Positions 40,201-49,188 of a DNA stretch of 64,000 nt are shown here, one piece after another. A program made the position numbers and the translations under genes. The notes below the pieces were generated by a model. That model was not told where the DNA came from. It did not search any database and was given only the letters and a program-made list of their open reading frames with translations. Within the stretch, counting starts at the first letter, position 1; each line of letters begins with the position of its first letter. This DNA comes from an uncultured Bacilli bacterium (GTDB lineage: Bacteria; Bacillota_I; Bacilli_A; RF39; UBA660), in NCBI GenBank assembly GCA_910576795.1, contig CAJTIX010000004.1, positions 647 to 64,646 on the forward strand, in the 5' to 3' direction.

Positions 40201-40412
40201 TGTTGGATGAGGCTTTCAATCGAATGGATGAATCTAGAATTGAAGCAATGATGCACTTTTATAATGAGTTAAATATTCAGCTTTTAATAGCTGTTCCTCC
40301 ACAACAGCTTCCAAGCATTGCCCCATATGTCAATACCAATTTGTTGATTGAAACAAAAGATTATGATTCGTTTGTGATCCCTTATAGAATAGAGGATTTA
40401 ATGGATGAATAA
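37245..40412 (+). CDS. jetC: Wadjet JetC / MksB-like SMC-family ATPase.
   Basis: The N-terminus LINWYTFENETIDL ... ISGANGSGKSTLLDAIQFIL is the Walker A. A long coiled-coil middle follows. The C-terminal signature/Walker B/D-loop is VVLLDEAFNRMDESR. Confidence 0.85.
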   Translation: MKKLTKIKLINWYTFENETIDLYGNCLISGANGSGKSTLLDAIQFILTAGGTQFNKAADEKSKRNLESYVRGKIGTANKEYLRNGDVTSYVALQFHDYETKTKDIIGACIEVSSGFKPKRIFFRISSMDINDEIFIEKNKPKTMVEFRRVQSIEIFETKGEIKQMIRAILGVCSDKYFELIPRALAFKPIDENLDNFVNDVLLSEKEIDLHSLQQNIQNLTELQEIIKNEENKIKELEKLEKDYESYKNCLSQKKFYDWAKLQFQILSRQEIIQKLEAMIHNLEAQHTDKTKNIELEEISLASLEQDIDNYKKSNESNSDFNIQDQLQKDILKLKEQHENFKKEYKMYQNYFEKEIKIAQNIKCHILEKVELNQIEALNKCLYEYKKYVESKKREFQTNYHQYEDREKEVSDKINICDQKLERLHKKQMPYEPHIICLQDEIKVYLSEKYNINVEVRPLCEYIDITDEKWRDAIEGYLNTQRFDLIVEPQYFDDALNVYESIKKEKKIYGVGLVNVKKLDLEDIIENTLATKIKSNYNYAYLYAIKILNKVVCCEDINMLKSYNNAITPTCMAYRNHVARQINPNVYQDYYIGTQAYEKQLSKYTKVQKEYNTLLQNIQSTMKNYNNQLLQIQESRIDELLRDITVLKRYNRVNEEMNQKQDDLNKMQTDGLVYDMMQKLNELYAKYETKKKEINQIKDEKRKLELQIDENNEKLDMLYKELTTIKDSVTEKEVDYEEKIKKISYSQIDNLYSKNEIILMQLQTSIESLQSKYNEQYEYDEIPSIDTVQKYITTLYQIREKDIVKYKADSVNFQTQCRNSFEEDFISHLRNNIISAQGELKELNRALKNKRFGQDGEKYEFVFEQSDDPELAKYYEIIMSGKDYTVHSLFDETLTQDQKEQMEELFRKLTTPSEYVSTCHYTDYRKYMSYDIRVTKNNGDSYKLSHVVREKSGGETQTPFYFIIASSFEQLLKSGIRKGSIGCVVLLDEAFNRMDESRIEAMMHFYNELNIQLLIAVPPQQLPSIAPYVNTNLLIETKDYDSFVIPYRIEDLMDE

Positions 40413-41592
40413 ATATACCGATTTAATTTTGAAGAAATTATTAAAAAAATATGAGAATAGTAAAATTTCTAAAGGAGAAACAAAACGAACTGTAAATATA
40501 TTTATCAAATTTGATTTAAAAGAAATGAAAGATTATGTAAGTGAGGATAGTTACAAATATGAATCTGAAATCCTAGAAGCAGTTGATTATTTAAAAAATA
40601 AACATTATATTTGTGTAGAAGAGAAAAATCATCGTATTCAAAGAGTTATTTTAAATATAGAGTGGGTAGATTCCGTTTACGCAGAATTGCATTTAGAAAA
40701 TCCTATAAAGAAAAATATATCCTACATGAGACAATTAAACCAGCATATAGATAAAGGCCAATTAGTGCATAATTTTTGTTGTAAAATGATGGATAAATTA
40801 GAACATTTTGAATCTGTTAAATCTTATTTTAATTCGGAAAATGAATTAAGAGATATATTGATTACCTTGGAGTATTTAGAAAATCAAAAAAATGAAATTA
40901 GTGAAAGAAATTTTAGTGCAAAATACTTGAATGACTCTAAAAAATTAGAACATATGGAGGGAAAAATATTAAAGATAGTAAAAGAATGTAGTATGGAAGA
41001 TTTTACAGATGATTCATATTTGGAACATTATAATGTGTATAAAAATCCTACGCAGGTTTATATACGTGGATATGGTATTTTTAAAATTTTTAATCAAATT
41101 GTTGATTTAAGTAAAATGGGAAACGAATTGGTTTTATCTAGTAATCAATTAAAGGATTTTTCTGTAATAGAGTTGCCCATATCTAAAGTAGTTACAGTTG
41201 AAAATCTTACAACGTATTATAATATACCTTACAAAGATAGTTGTGTTGTATATTTAGGTGGATTTCATAATACAATTCGTAAAGAATTATTGTGTAAGAT
41301 TTATCAATTTAATCAAAATTTGCAATTTTATCACTGTGGTGATATTGATGCAGGTGGATTTTACATTCTAAATCATTTAACACAAGATACCAAGATTCCA
41401 TTTATACCTTATTTTATGGATATAGAAACATTAAAAACTTATAAAATGTATGCAAAAAAATTGTCAGATGAAGATAGAAAAAGATTAGCAGATTTAATGG
41501 AAATAAAAGATTTATATATATATTATGATATTTTTGAGTATATGTTATTACATAATATGAAATTAGAACAAGAAAATATTATATATAAATAA
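40405..41592 (+). CDS. jetD: Wadjet JetD / MksG-like Toprim (topo VI-A-like, DUF2220) nuclease subunit.
   Basis: VVTVENLTTYYN carries the Toprim Glu and YHCGDIDAGGFYIL carries the DxD. It overlaps the jetC stop. Confidence 0.8.
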   Translation: MNKYTDLILKKLLKKYENSKISKGETKRTVNIFIKFDLKEMKDYVSEDSYKYESEILEAVDYLKNKHYICVEEKNHRIQRVILNIEWVDSVYAELHLENPIKKNISYMRQLNQHIDKGQLVHNFCCKMMDKLEHFESVKSYFNSENELRDILITLEYLENQKNEISERNFSAKYLNDSKKLEHMEGKILKIVKECSMEDFTDDSYLEHYNVYKNPTQVYIRGYGIFKIFNQIVDLSKMGNELVLSSNQLKDFSVIELPISKVVTVENLTTYYNIPYKDSCVVYLGGFHNTIRKELLCKIYQFNQNLQFYHCGDIDAGGFYILNHLTQDTKIPFIPYFMDIETLKTYKMYAKKLSDEDRKRLADLMEIKDLYIYYDIFEYMLLHNMKLEQENIIYK

Positions 41593-41905
41593 CACGTTGT
41601 GCTAGTAAAAAGGAGAATAGAAAAACCATTCAAAATATGGTACTCTTAATTTGAAAAAATAATAATGAGACCTGAACAATATTTATTTGAAGCTTTAGAA
41701 GGAAATGAAACAGTAATAAAAGAGTATGTGAAAAACCAAGGTAAACAAGATGGGGAATATAAGCAATTTAGGCGACATCGCTATAAAAGATACCCCGCAC
41801 TCGTAGAGTGACAATCATCCTTTGGATGATTAAAGCTTGCTCCGGGGAGTTTCATTGTACCCAAATTGGGCAACTTACATATAATGACTTAGGAGGAGAT
41901 TATAT

Positions 41906-43120
41906 ATGAATAATTTTCAAGTTGTTGTAGATGCTGGCCATGGAGGGAGCGACCCAGGTGCTGTAGCAAACGGTGTTCAAGAAAAAGATTTGAATTTACA
42001 AATAGCTCGTTATATGTATGAACAATTTCAAAACAAAGGAATTCCAGTTACACTAATTCGTAGTACAGATGAAACCATTAGCCCAACAGAACGTGTCAAT
42101 AGAATACTTGCTGCTTATGGAGATAATCCCAATGTCATTGTAATATCAAATCATATCAATGCATCTGGTTCAGCAACTTCAGGAGCAGAGGGTGCTGAAG
42201 TTATTTATGCCTTAAGAAATGATGATACACTTGCTAAAAACATATTACAAGCATTAGGAAATGCAGGTCAAGTTGTAAGAACTTATTATCAAAGAAGGCT
42301 ACCAAGTGATACCTCAAAAGATTATTATTTCATTCATAGAAATACAGGAAGTACACAACCTGTTATTGTAGAATATGGATATATCGATAATCCAACTGAT
42401 TTAGCGCGCATTCAAAATAATTATAAAAAATATGTAGATGCAGTAGTCAATGCCGTAATCGCAACCGAACAAGGTGCAACTATCCCATCTACTCCAGGAA
42501 CAGGGACTTCTTATGTGGTAAAATCAGGGGATAGTTTATGGAGTATCGCAAACCGTTATAATACCACTGTAAATGCCATTAAAAACATGAACAATCTAAC
42601 GAGTAATGCATTATCTGTAGGACAGGTATTACAAATTCCAACAAGTACATCTACAGGAACTGGAAATACGTACACAGTCAAATCAGGAGACAGCCTATGG
42701 AGTATCGCAAACCGCTATAATACCACTGTAGATGCGATTAAAAACGCGAATAATTTAACTGGCAATACCCTATCTATTGGGCAAGTACTCAGAATTCCAA
42801 CAAGTACTTCTACGGGAACAGGAAACACATACACAGTCAAATCAGGAGACAGCCTATGGAGTATCGCAAATCGCTATAATACCACCGTAAATGCAATCAA
42901 AAATGCCAATAATTTAACCAGTGATTCCTTATCGATAGGACAGGTATTAACCATTCCAACCAGTACCTCTACAGGGAAAACAACTTATACAGTTAAATCA
43001 GGAGATAGCTTATGGAGTATTGCGCAACGTTACAATACGACTGTAGATGCGATCAAAAATGCAAGTGGAATTATTAGTAATAACTTAAGTATTGGGCAGG
43101 TATTAACCATTCCAAATTAG
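41906..43120 (+). CDS. N-acetylmuramoyl-L-alanine amidase (Amidase_3) with four C-terminal LysM repeats.
   Basis: VVDAGHGGSDPGA ... NHINAS are Amidase_3 motifs. There are 4x YTVKSGDSLWSIANRYNTTV ... IGQVL LysM repeats. Confidence 0.85.
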   Translation: MNNFQVVVDAGHGGSDPGAVANGVQEKDLNLQIARYMYEQFQNKGIPVTLIRSTDETISPTERVNRILAAYGDNPNVIVISNHINASGSATSGAEGAEVIYALRNDDTLAKNILQALGNAGQVVRTYYQRRLPSDTSKDYYFIHRNTGSTQPVIVEYGYIDNPTDLARIQNNYKKYVDAVVNAVIATEQGATIPSTPGTGTSYVVKSGDSLWSIANRYNTTVNAIKNMNNLTSNALSVGQVLQIPTSTSTGTGNTYTVKSGDSLWSIANRYNTTVDAIKNANNLTGNTLSIGQVLRIPTSTSTGTGNTYTVKSGDSLWSIANRYNTTVNAIKNANNLTSDSLSIGQVLTIPTSTSTGKTTYTVKSGDSLWSIAQRYNTTVDAIKNASGIISNNLSIGQVLTIPN

Positions 43121-43198
43121 AAACGGGCTTGTCCGTTTTTTTGTGATATGACATTGTAAAATCTATATTTTTTAGATATAATAAAATTGGTGATTTTT

Positions 43199-44176
43199 AT
43201 GTGGAAGATAGGCGATGTAACAATTCAAAACAAAATAGTCCTTGCCCCTATGGCAGGTATTTCCAATAGCGCCTATCGAACCATTATCAAAGAAATGGGG
43301 TGTGGGTTAATCTATGCAGAAATGGTAAGCGATAAGGCCATTGAATATGGCAATCAAAAAACCATAGATATGCTTTATATGACAGATTATGAACGTCCCA
43401 TTGCGCAACAAATATTCGGTTCTGATAAAGAATCCTTTGTAACAGCTGCCAAATATATTTATGAAACTATGCACCCTGACATCATTGATCTCAACATGGG
43501 ATGTCCAGTTCCGAAGGTTGCCTTGCGTGCACAAGCTGGAAGTGCTTTATTAAAAGATACCCAGAAAGTATTTGAAATTGTAGAAAATGTAGTAAAAGCA
43601 GTACCCATTCCTGTTACGGTAAAAATCAGAAGCGGTTGGGATTCTAACCATATCAATGCAGTTGAGATTGCCAAAGCAGTGGAAAAAGCAGGTGCCAAAG
43701 CGATTGCGATTCATGCAAGAACGAGAAGTCAAGGGTATAGTGGAGCATCCGATTGGCAGATCATCAAAAAGGTAAAAGAAAGTGTACAAATTCCAGTCAT
43801 TGGAAATGGAGATATCCTATCTTGCTATGATGCAGAAAGAATGCTAAAGGAAACTGGTTGTGATGCCGTTATGATAGGAAGAGGGGTACTTGGAAATCCA
43901 TGGCTCATCCGTGACTGTGTCCACTATTTAGAAAAGAAAGAAAAGCCTATTCCTGTTTCTCCAAAAGAAAAAATCAAAATGATGTTAAGACATTTTAAGC
44001 TTTTAATGGCAAATAAGAACGAAAAGGTAGCTGTCTTAGAAATGCGTAGTCATGCTGCTTGGTATTTAAAAGGAATTCCAGGAACGAGTGAACTTAAAAA
44101 TCAAATATTTCAAACAAAAACGAAAGAGGAATTAAAATCTTTATTAGAACAATTTGAACAAACCATAGAAAAATAA
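43199..44176 (+). CDS. dus: tRNA-dihydrouridine synthase.
   Basis: LAPMAGISNSAYR ... DLNMGCP ... KIRSGW are Dus motifs. Confidence 0.88.
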   Translation: MWKIGDVTIQNKIVLAPMAGISNSAYRTIIKEMGCGLIYAEMVSDKAIEYGNQKTIDMLYMTDYERPIAQQIFGSDKESFVTAAKYIYETMHPDIIDLNMGCPVPKVALRAQAGSALLKDTQKVFEIVENVVKAVPIPVTVKIRSGWDSNHINAVEIAKAVEKAGAKAIAIHARTRSQGYSGASDWQIIKKVKESVQIPVIGNGDILSCYDAERMLKETGCDAVMIGRGVLGNPWLIRDCVHYLEKKEKPIPVSPKEKIKMMLRHFKLLMANKNEKVAVLEMRSHAAWYLKGIPGTSELKNQIFQTKTKEELKSLLEQFEQTIEK

Positions 44177-44240
44177 TAGATTTTCCGTTACTATCATGAT
44201 ACAATAAAGAAAATCTATATCAAAAATAAGAGGTGAAAAT

Positions 44241-45719
44241 ATGCGAGAATTAACAGAACAAGAACAAGTAAGAAGAGAAAAAATAGAAAGTATAAGAGAG
44301 TTTTGCAATCCATATCCAGAACGATATGAAGTTACTCATTCATTAAAAGATGCAGGTACACTTTCAGACGAAACTACAGATGTTTCGGTTGCAGGAAGAA
44401 TTATTTTCATGCGTAAAATGGGAAAATTGAGTTTCATTCGTATTCGTGATTTAGAAGGTGATTTGCAACTAGAATTTAAAATTGATGTTGTAGGAGAAGA
44501 ACAGTATCAATTCTTTAAAAAACAAATCGATACAGGAGATTTTATTGGTGCTAAGGGTGAAATTTTTACCACGCAAACAGGTGAAAAAACATTAAGAGTA
44601 CATACATTTTCTTTTTTAGGAAAGGCCCTAAGACCACTTCCCGAAAAATTCCATGGTCTTGTAGATACAGAATTAAAATATCGTCAAAGATATGTGGACT
44701 TAATTATGAATGAAGAAAGTAGAAAGGTATTTTTAGGTAGAAGCAAATTTTATAACTTTTTACACCGTTATTTAGCGGAACACGGCTTTTTACAAGTTGA
44801 AACACCAATCATTCAAACGGCAGTATGTGGAGCAAGTGCAAAACCTTTTTATACACATCACAATGCGTTAGATTTAGATTGTAATTTACGAATTGCACCA
44901 GAAACCTATCTAAAACAATGTATCGCAGCAGGCTTTAGTCGTGTATATGAGGTTGCGAAGTGCTTCCGAAATGAAGGAATGGATTCAGAACATCTTCAAG
45001 AATTCACACAAGTGGAATGGTATGCATCTTATTGGAATTATGAAGATAATATAAAATTTTATACAGGATTTATCAAAGCCTTGTTATTAGAATTAATTGG
45101 AACCACCAAAGTAGAGTATCAAGGACGTACCTTAGATTTTGGAAAAGAAAATTGGGATCGCATCAATTATTGTGAAACCATGGAAAAAGTACTTGGATTT
45201 GACTTTCTATCTATTGAGGAACCACAAGAGTTAAAAGAAAAAATAATTGCTTCTGGATTATTTACAGAAACAGAATTAGAGGATTACAAATCATTAAGCC
45301 AAATTATCGATTTTGTATACAAGAAGAAAATTCGTGCCAATATTGTAGATCCAACCATTATTTATAATTATCCTAGTGTTTTAATCCCACTTGCCAGAAG
45401 AAATGATGAGGATTCAAGAAGAATTGATGTATTTCAAGTAGTAGCTGCCGGAACAGAATTGTGCAAAGCATATTCAGAACTTGTCAATCCAATGGAACAA
45501 CGTGCAGCCTTTGAAGGACAATTGAAAGCAAAATCACAAGGTGATGATGAAACAATGGAAATGGACGAAGACTTTTTACTTGCGATGGAACAAGGTATGC
45601 CTCCTATTTCGGGACTTGGCTTTGGAATTGATCGTTTGATGATGTTAATTTATGATGTAGCTTCTGTTAGAGATGTTGTGTTATTTCCAATGATGAAACC
45701 AATTGAAAAGGAAAACTAA
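44241..45719 (+). CDS. lysS: Lysine--tRNA ligase, class II.
   Basis: It has an OB anticodon-binding domain and class II motifs (FRNEG, GLGFGIDRL). Confidence 0.95.
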   Translation: MRELTEQEQVRREKIESIREFCNPYPERYEVTHSLKDAGTLSDETTDVSVAGRIIFMRKMGKLSFIRIRDLEGDLQLEFKIDVVGEEQYQFFKKQIDTGDFIGAKGEIFTTQTGEKTLRVHTFSFLGKALRPLPEKFHGLVDTELKYRQRYVDLIMNEESRKVFLGRSKFYNFLHRYLAEHGFLQVETPIIQTAVCGASAKPFYTHHNALDLDCNLRIAPETYLKQCIAAGFSRVYEVAKCFRNEGMDSEHLQEFTQVEWYASYWNYEDNIKFYTGFIKALLLELIGTTKVEYQGRTLDFGKENWDRINYCETMEKVLGFDFLSIEEPQELKEKIIASGLFTETELEDYKSLSQIIDFVYKKKIRANIVDPTIIYNYPSVLIPLARRNDEDSRRIDVFQVVAAGTELCKAYSELVNPMEQRAAFEGQLKAKSQGDDETMEMDEDFLLAMEQGMPPISGLGFGIDRLMMLIYDVASVRDVVLFPMMKPIEKEN

Positions 45720-46252
45720 TGTATTTAGCAGTTGTAAGACATGGAGAAACCATTCGTAATATTGTTGGACTTGTACAAGGAGATACCGAATCAATGCTTT
45801 CGGAACGAGGGAAAGCGCAAGCCAGAGAGGTCAAAGAAAAACTAAAAAATCAAACATTTGATATTGTATTTTCTTCTCCTTTATCAAGAGCTTATCAGAC
45901 CGCTGAAATTATTATGGATGAGGAAATTCCTATCATAATTGATGAAAGACTGAATGAACGAGATTATGGGGATTTTGAAGGTTATACGAGAGAAGAATTT
46001 GATTATGTGGATTATTGGAATTTTGATTATAATTTGAAAGAGAATCATGGTGAGAGTGTACAACATCTTTGTATGCGTGTGGATGATTTTTTAAGAGAAA
46101 TCAAAGAAAAATATAAAGATCAAAAAGTACTTGTTGTCACACATAGTGGAGTTGCTAGAGCAATTTATTATTGCATTCATGGCATACCCGATGATGGGGA
46201 TATGAGTATTGTCGACATTCCAAATTGTACAATTATGGAATATCATATATAG
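45719..46252 (+). CDS. Histidine phosphatase family protein (phosphoglycerate-mutase-like).
   Basis: VRHGET ... SSPLSRA carries the RHG motif. Confidence 0.8.
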   Translation: MYLAVVRHGETIRNIVGLVQGDTESMLSERGKAQAREVKEKLKNQTFDIVFSSPLSRAYQTAEIIMDEEIPIIIDERLNERDYGDFEGYTREEFDYVDYWNFDYNLKENHGESVQHLCMRVDDFLREIKEKYKDQKVLVVTHSGVARAIYYCIHGIPDDGDMSIVDIPNCTIMEYHI

Positions 46253-46267
46253 TGAAAGGGTGAATTT

Positions 46268-47458
46268 ATGAAAGTATTATCAGTAAATGCGGGTAGTTCT
46301 ACACTAAAATTTCGTTTGTATGAAATGCCTGAAGAAAAAGTATTAGCGAAGGGTGCATTTGAACGAATTGGGTTAGAAAATGGTATTTATAATATCAAAA
46401 TGAACGATGAAAAAATAGAAAAGTCTCTCAATATGAAAGATCATGGAGATGCTGTACAGGCTTTATTGAAAGAATTAGTAGAACAACATATGATTGAAAA
46501 TCTGGATGAAATTGGAGCTGTTGGTCATCGTGTAGTACATGGAGGCTCTAAATATGCCAAAAGTGTAATCATTGATGATGAAGTAATGAAGGAAATTGAA
46601 TCTATTTCTGATTTGGCGCCATTACACAATCCTGCCAATTTAATTGGGATTCGAGCATTTAAAGAAGCAATTCCTAATGCAATTCAAGTAGCTTGTTTTG
46701 ATACAGCTTTTCATCAAACAATGGACGAAAGAAATTACTTGTATCCAGTACCATATGAATGGTATACCAAATATGGAGTTCGTAAATATGGATTCCATGG
46801 TATGAGCCATAAATTTATTACGGAAAAGATGAAATCTATTTTAAACTCAGAAACGCCAAATTTAATTATATGCCACATTGGAAATGGAGCAAGTATCTCT
46901 GCCGTAAGAGAAGGAATTTGTATCGATACCTCTATGGGATTTACTCCAAATGCAGGAATTATGATGGGAACGCGTAGTGGAGATATTGATTATACAATGA
47001 TTCAGTACTTGAAGAACAAAATGGATTCTAGTTATGAAAGTATTGATAGTTTACTCAACAAAGCAAGTGGTTTAGAAGGAATTGCTGGTAGAAGTGATTT
47101 AAGAGATTTGGATGATGCTTTCCTTGCAAAAGAACCAGCCGTTATTCTTGCTTTTGCTATGTATACTGACCGAATTGTGGATTATATCGCTAGATACTAT
47201 GTCAAATTAGATGGTCATGTAGATGCGATTTGCTTTACCGCAGGTGTAGGTGAAAACGATTCTATTATTCGTGCAGAAGTTCTTAAGAAATTAACTTGTT
47301 TAGGAATTCTATTAGATGAAGAAAAAAATAATGCAACACTTTGTAGAAAAGGTGTAGAAGGTATTATTACAAGAGATGACTCTAAAATTCCATGTTATGT
47401 ACTTGGTACAGATGAAGAGTTGATGATTGCAAGAGATACTTATGATTTTGTAAATTAA
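46268..47458 (+). CDS. ackA: Acetate kinase.
   Basis: VLSVNAGSSTLKF ... VVHGG ... CFDTAFHQTM ... FHGMSH. Confidence 0.9.
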   Translation: MKVLSVNAGSSTLKFRLYEMPEEKVLAKGAFERIGLENGIYNIKMNDEKIEKSLNMKDHGDAVQALLKELVEQHMIENLDEIGAVGHRVVHGGSKYAKSVIIDDEVMKEIESISDLAPLHNPANLIGIRAFKEAIPNAIQVACFDTAFHQTMDERNYLYPVPYEWYTKYGVRKYGFHGMSHKFITEKMKSILNSETPNLIICHIGNGASISAVREGICIDTSMGFTPNAGIMMGTRSGDIDYTMIQYLKNKMDSSYESIDSLLNKASGLEGIAGRSDLRDLDDAFLAKEPAVILAFAMYTDRIVDYIARYYVKLDGHVDAICFTAGVGENDSIIRAEVLKKLTCLGILLDEEKNNATLCRKGVEGIITRDDSKIPCYVLGTDEELMIARDTYDFVN

Positions 47459-47544
47459 TATTGTTTAAAAAATGATAAGATACAATTTAGAAAGTTATAA
47501 TGCAAAAATAAATATTTAGTTATTTGTAAAAGAAGGGTAATAAT

Positions 47545-47913
47545 ATGAATCAAGGAATTTATCAAATAGGAATGTTATGTAAGCATTTCAAAGGAACTAC
47601 GCTTCAAGAAAAAAATATTTATCGAATAGAACGAATCGATGTGGATGGAATTTCAATTATGGGGAAGGATGTAATATATACAGGAGATCATCCTAATTTA
47701 GAGAATGTGCATCATTTGATTATATATTCTAATATATTTCAAGAAGATAAAATATTTGCACGTGAATATGAAGATTTAGCACATATATTACCTAAAGAAA
47801 AACAAGAACAATTTCATCAAATGCGTAGGGTGGAGCCATTAACAGAAGAGGAAATTTTTGAAATTGGAACAGATATCTTCCGACAGAAAAAGAAAGAAAT
47901 GTATCGAAAATAA
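47545..47913 (+). CDS. DUF1653-like small protein.
   Basis: GIYQIGMLCKHFKGTTLQEKNIYRI resembles the G.YRHYKG..Y DUF1653 core. Confidence 0.45.
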   Translation: MNQGIYQIGMLCKHFKGTTLQEKNIYRIERIDVDGISIMGKDVIYTGDHPNLENVHHLIIYSNIFQEDKIFAREYEDLAHILPKEKQEQFHQMRRVEPLTEEEIFEIGTDIFRQKKKEMYRK

Positions 47914-48005
47914 AAATATGGTTGAAAAAAGAACAGATTGTTGTTCTTTTTTGATTTCCTAACATTTATATAGTATAATAGTAGTGGTAGAAAGAAGGAT
48001 AAATC

Positions 48006-49187
48006 ATGAAAATTATGTCAATCAACGCAGGAAGTAGTTCTTTAAAATTTAGTGTCTTTGATATGGATTATTCTACTTGTATTGCAAGTGGTTACTTTGA
48101 AAGAGTTACTTTACCAAATAGTTTTTATACAATAAAATACAATGGAGAAAAAATAAAAGAAGAAATCGATATGCCAACACATAGGATAGCGGTTGAGGTA
48201 TTATTGGATCGACTTGTTTCCTTACATATTATTGATTCCTTAGATGAAATAGGTGGTGTAGGTCATCGTCTTGCCCATGGAATGGATAAATATAAACATT
48301 CTGTCTTAATTACAGATGAAGTCATTCAAGATTTAAAAAGCTATATTCCACTCGCACCATTACATCTTCCAGCCCATATATTGGGAATTGAAGTCATGAA
48401 AGAAGTATTACCAAATATTCCTATGATAGGTGTTTTTGATACAGCTTTTCATCAAACCATGGATCAAACGAAATACATTTATCCAGTGCCATACGAATGG
48501 TATACAAAATATGGTGTCCGTAAATATGGATTTCATGGAACGAGCTATTGTTTTATTAGCAAACAAATTCCAAGATTACTTGGCAAACAAGAATATAAAG
48601 CAATTATTTGCCATTTAGGAAGTGGGGGTTCTATCGCACTTGTTCAGAATGGAAAGTGTCTAGATACTACAATGGGCTTTACCCCTCTTGCAGGAATTAT
48701 GATGGGTACCCGTAGTGGGGATATTGATCCTTCTATCGTTGCATATATGGTAGGACAAACAGGAAAACCGATAGATGAAATTATGAATGACTTGAATAAA
48801 CATTCTGGTTTCTTAGGTTTGAGCGGGAAATCCAGTGATTTTAGAGATATTTATGAAGGTGTAAAAGCAAATGATGAGAATTGTATTTTGGCGTTTCATA
48901 AATATGTCGATACGGTTGTCAAATATATTGCAGAGTATTATGTAGAAGCAAGTGGCGTAGATACCATTGTATTTACTGCAGGACTTGGAGAAAATGCGGT
49001 AGCTGCAAGGGAGGTAATTATAGAAAGACTTGCTTGTTTAGGTATTTATCTAGATCACGAGGCAAATCAAGTAACAGGAGAAGAAATTTGTATTAGTTCT
49101 AAAGATTCTAAAGTTTCTGTTTATGTAATTCCTACAAATGAAGAATTAATGATCGCACAAGATACGTTAGAAATTATTGGTGGATAA
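48006..49187 (+). CDS. Second acetate/propionate kinase family paralogue.
   Basis: IMSINAGSSSLKF ... FDTAFHQTM ... FHGTSY. It is ~45% identical to the first copy. Confidence 0.85.
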   Translation: MKIMSINAGSSSLKFSVFDMDYSTCIASGYFERVTLPNSFYTIKYNGEKIKEEIDMPTHRIAVEVLLDRLVSLHIIDSLDEIGGVGHRLAHGMDKYKHSVLITDEVIQDLKSYIPLAPLHLPAHILGIEVMKEVLPNIPMIGVFDTAFHQTMDQTKYIYPVPYEWYTKYGVRKYGFHGTSYCFISKQIPRLLGKQEYKAIICHLGSGGSIALVQNGKCLDTTMGFTPLAGIMMGTRSGDIDPSIVAYMVGQTGKPIDEIMNDLNKHSGFLGLSGKSSDFRDIYEGVKANDENCILAFHKYVDTVVKYIAEYYVEASGVDTIVFTAGLGENAVAAREVIIERLACLGIYLDHEANQVTGEEICISSKDSKVSVYVIPTNEELMIAQDTLEIIGG

Positions 49188-49188
49188 T

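Noticed and set aside
44177-44240. Possible T-box leader upstream of lysS.
   Set aside because: The intergenic region is only ~60 nt with no specifier or antiterminator structure. A simple promoter plus RBS is more likely.
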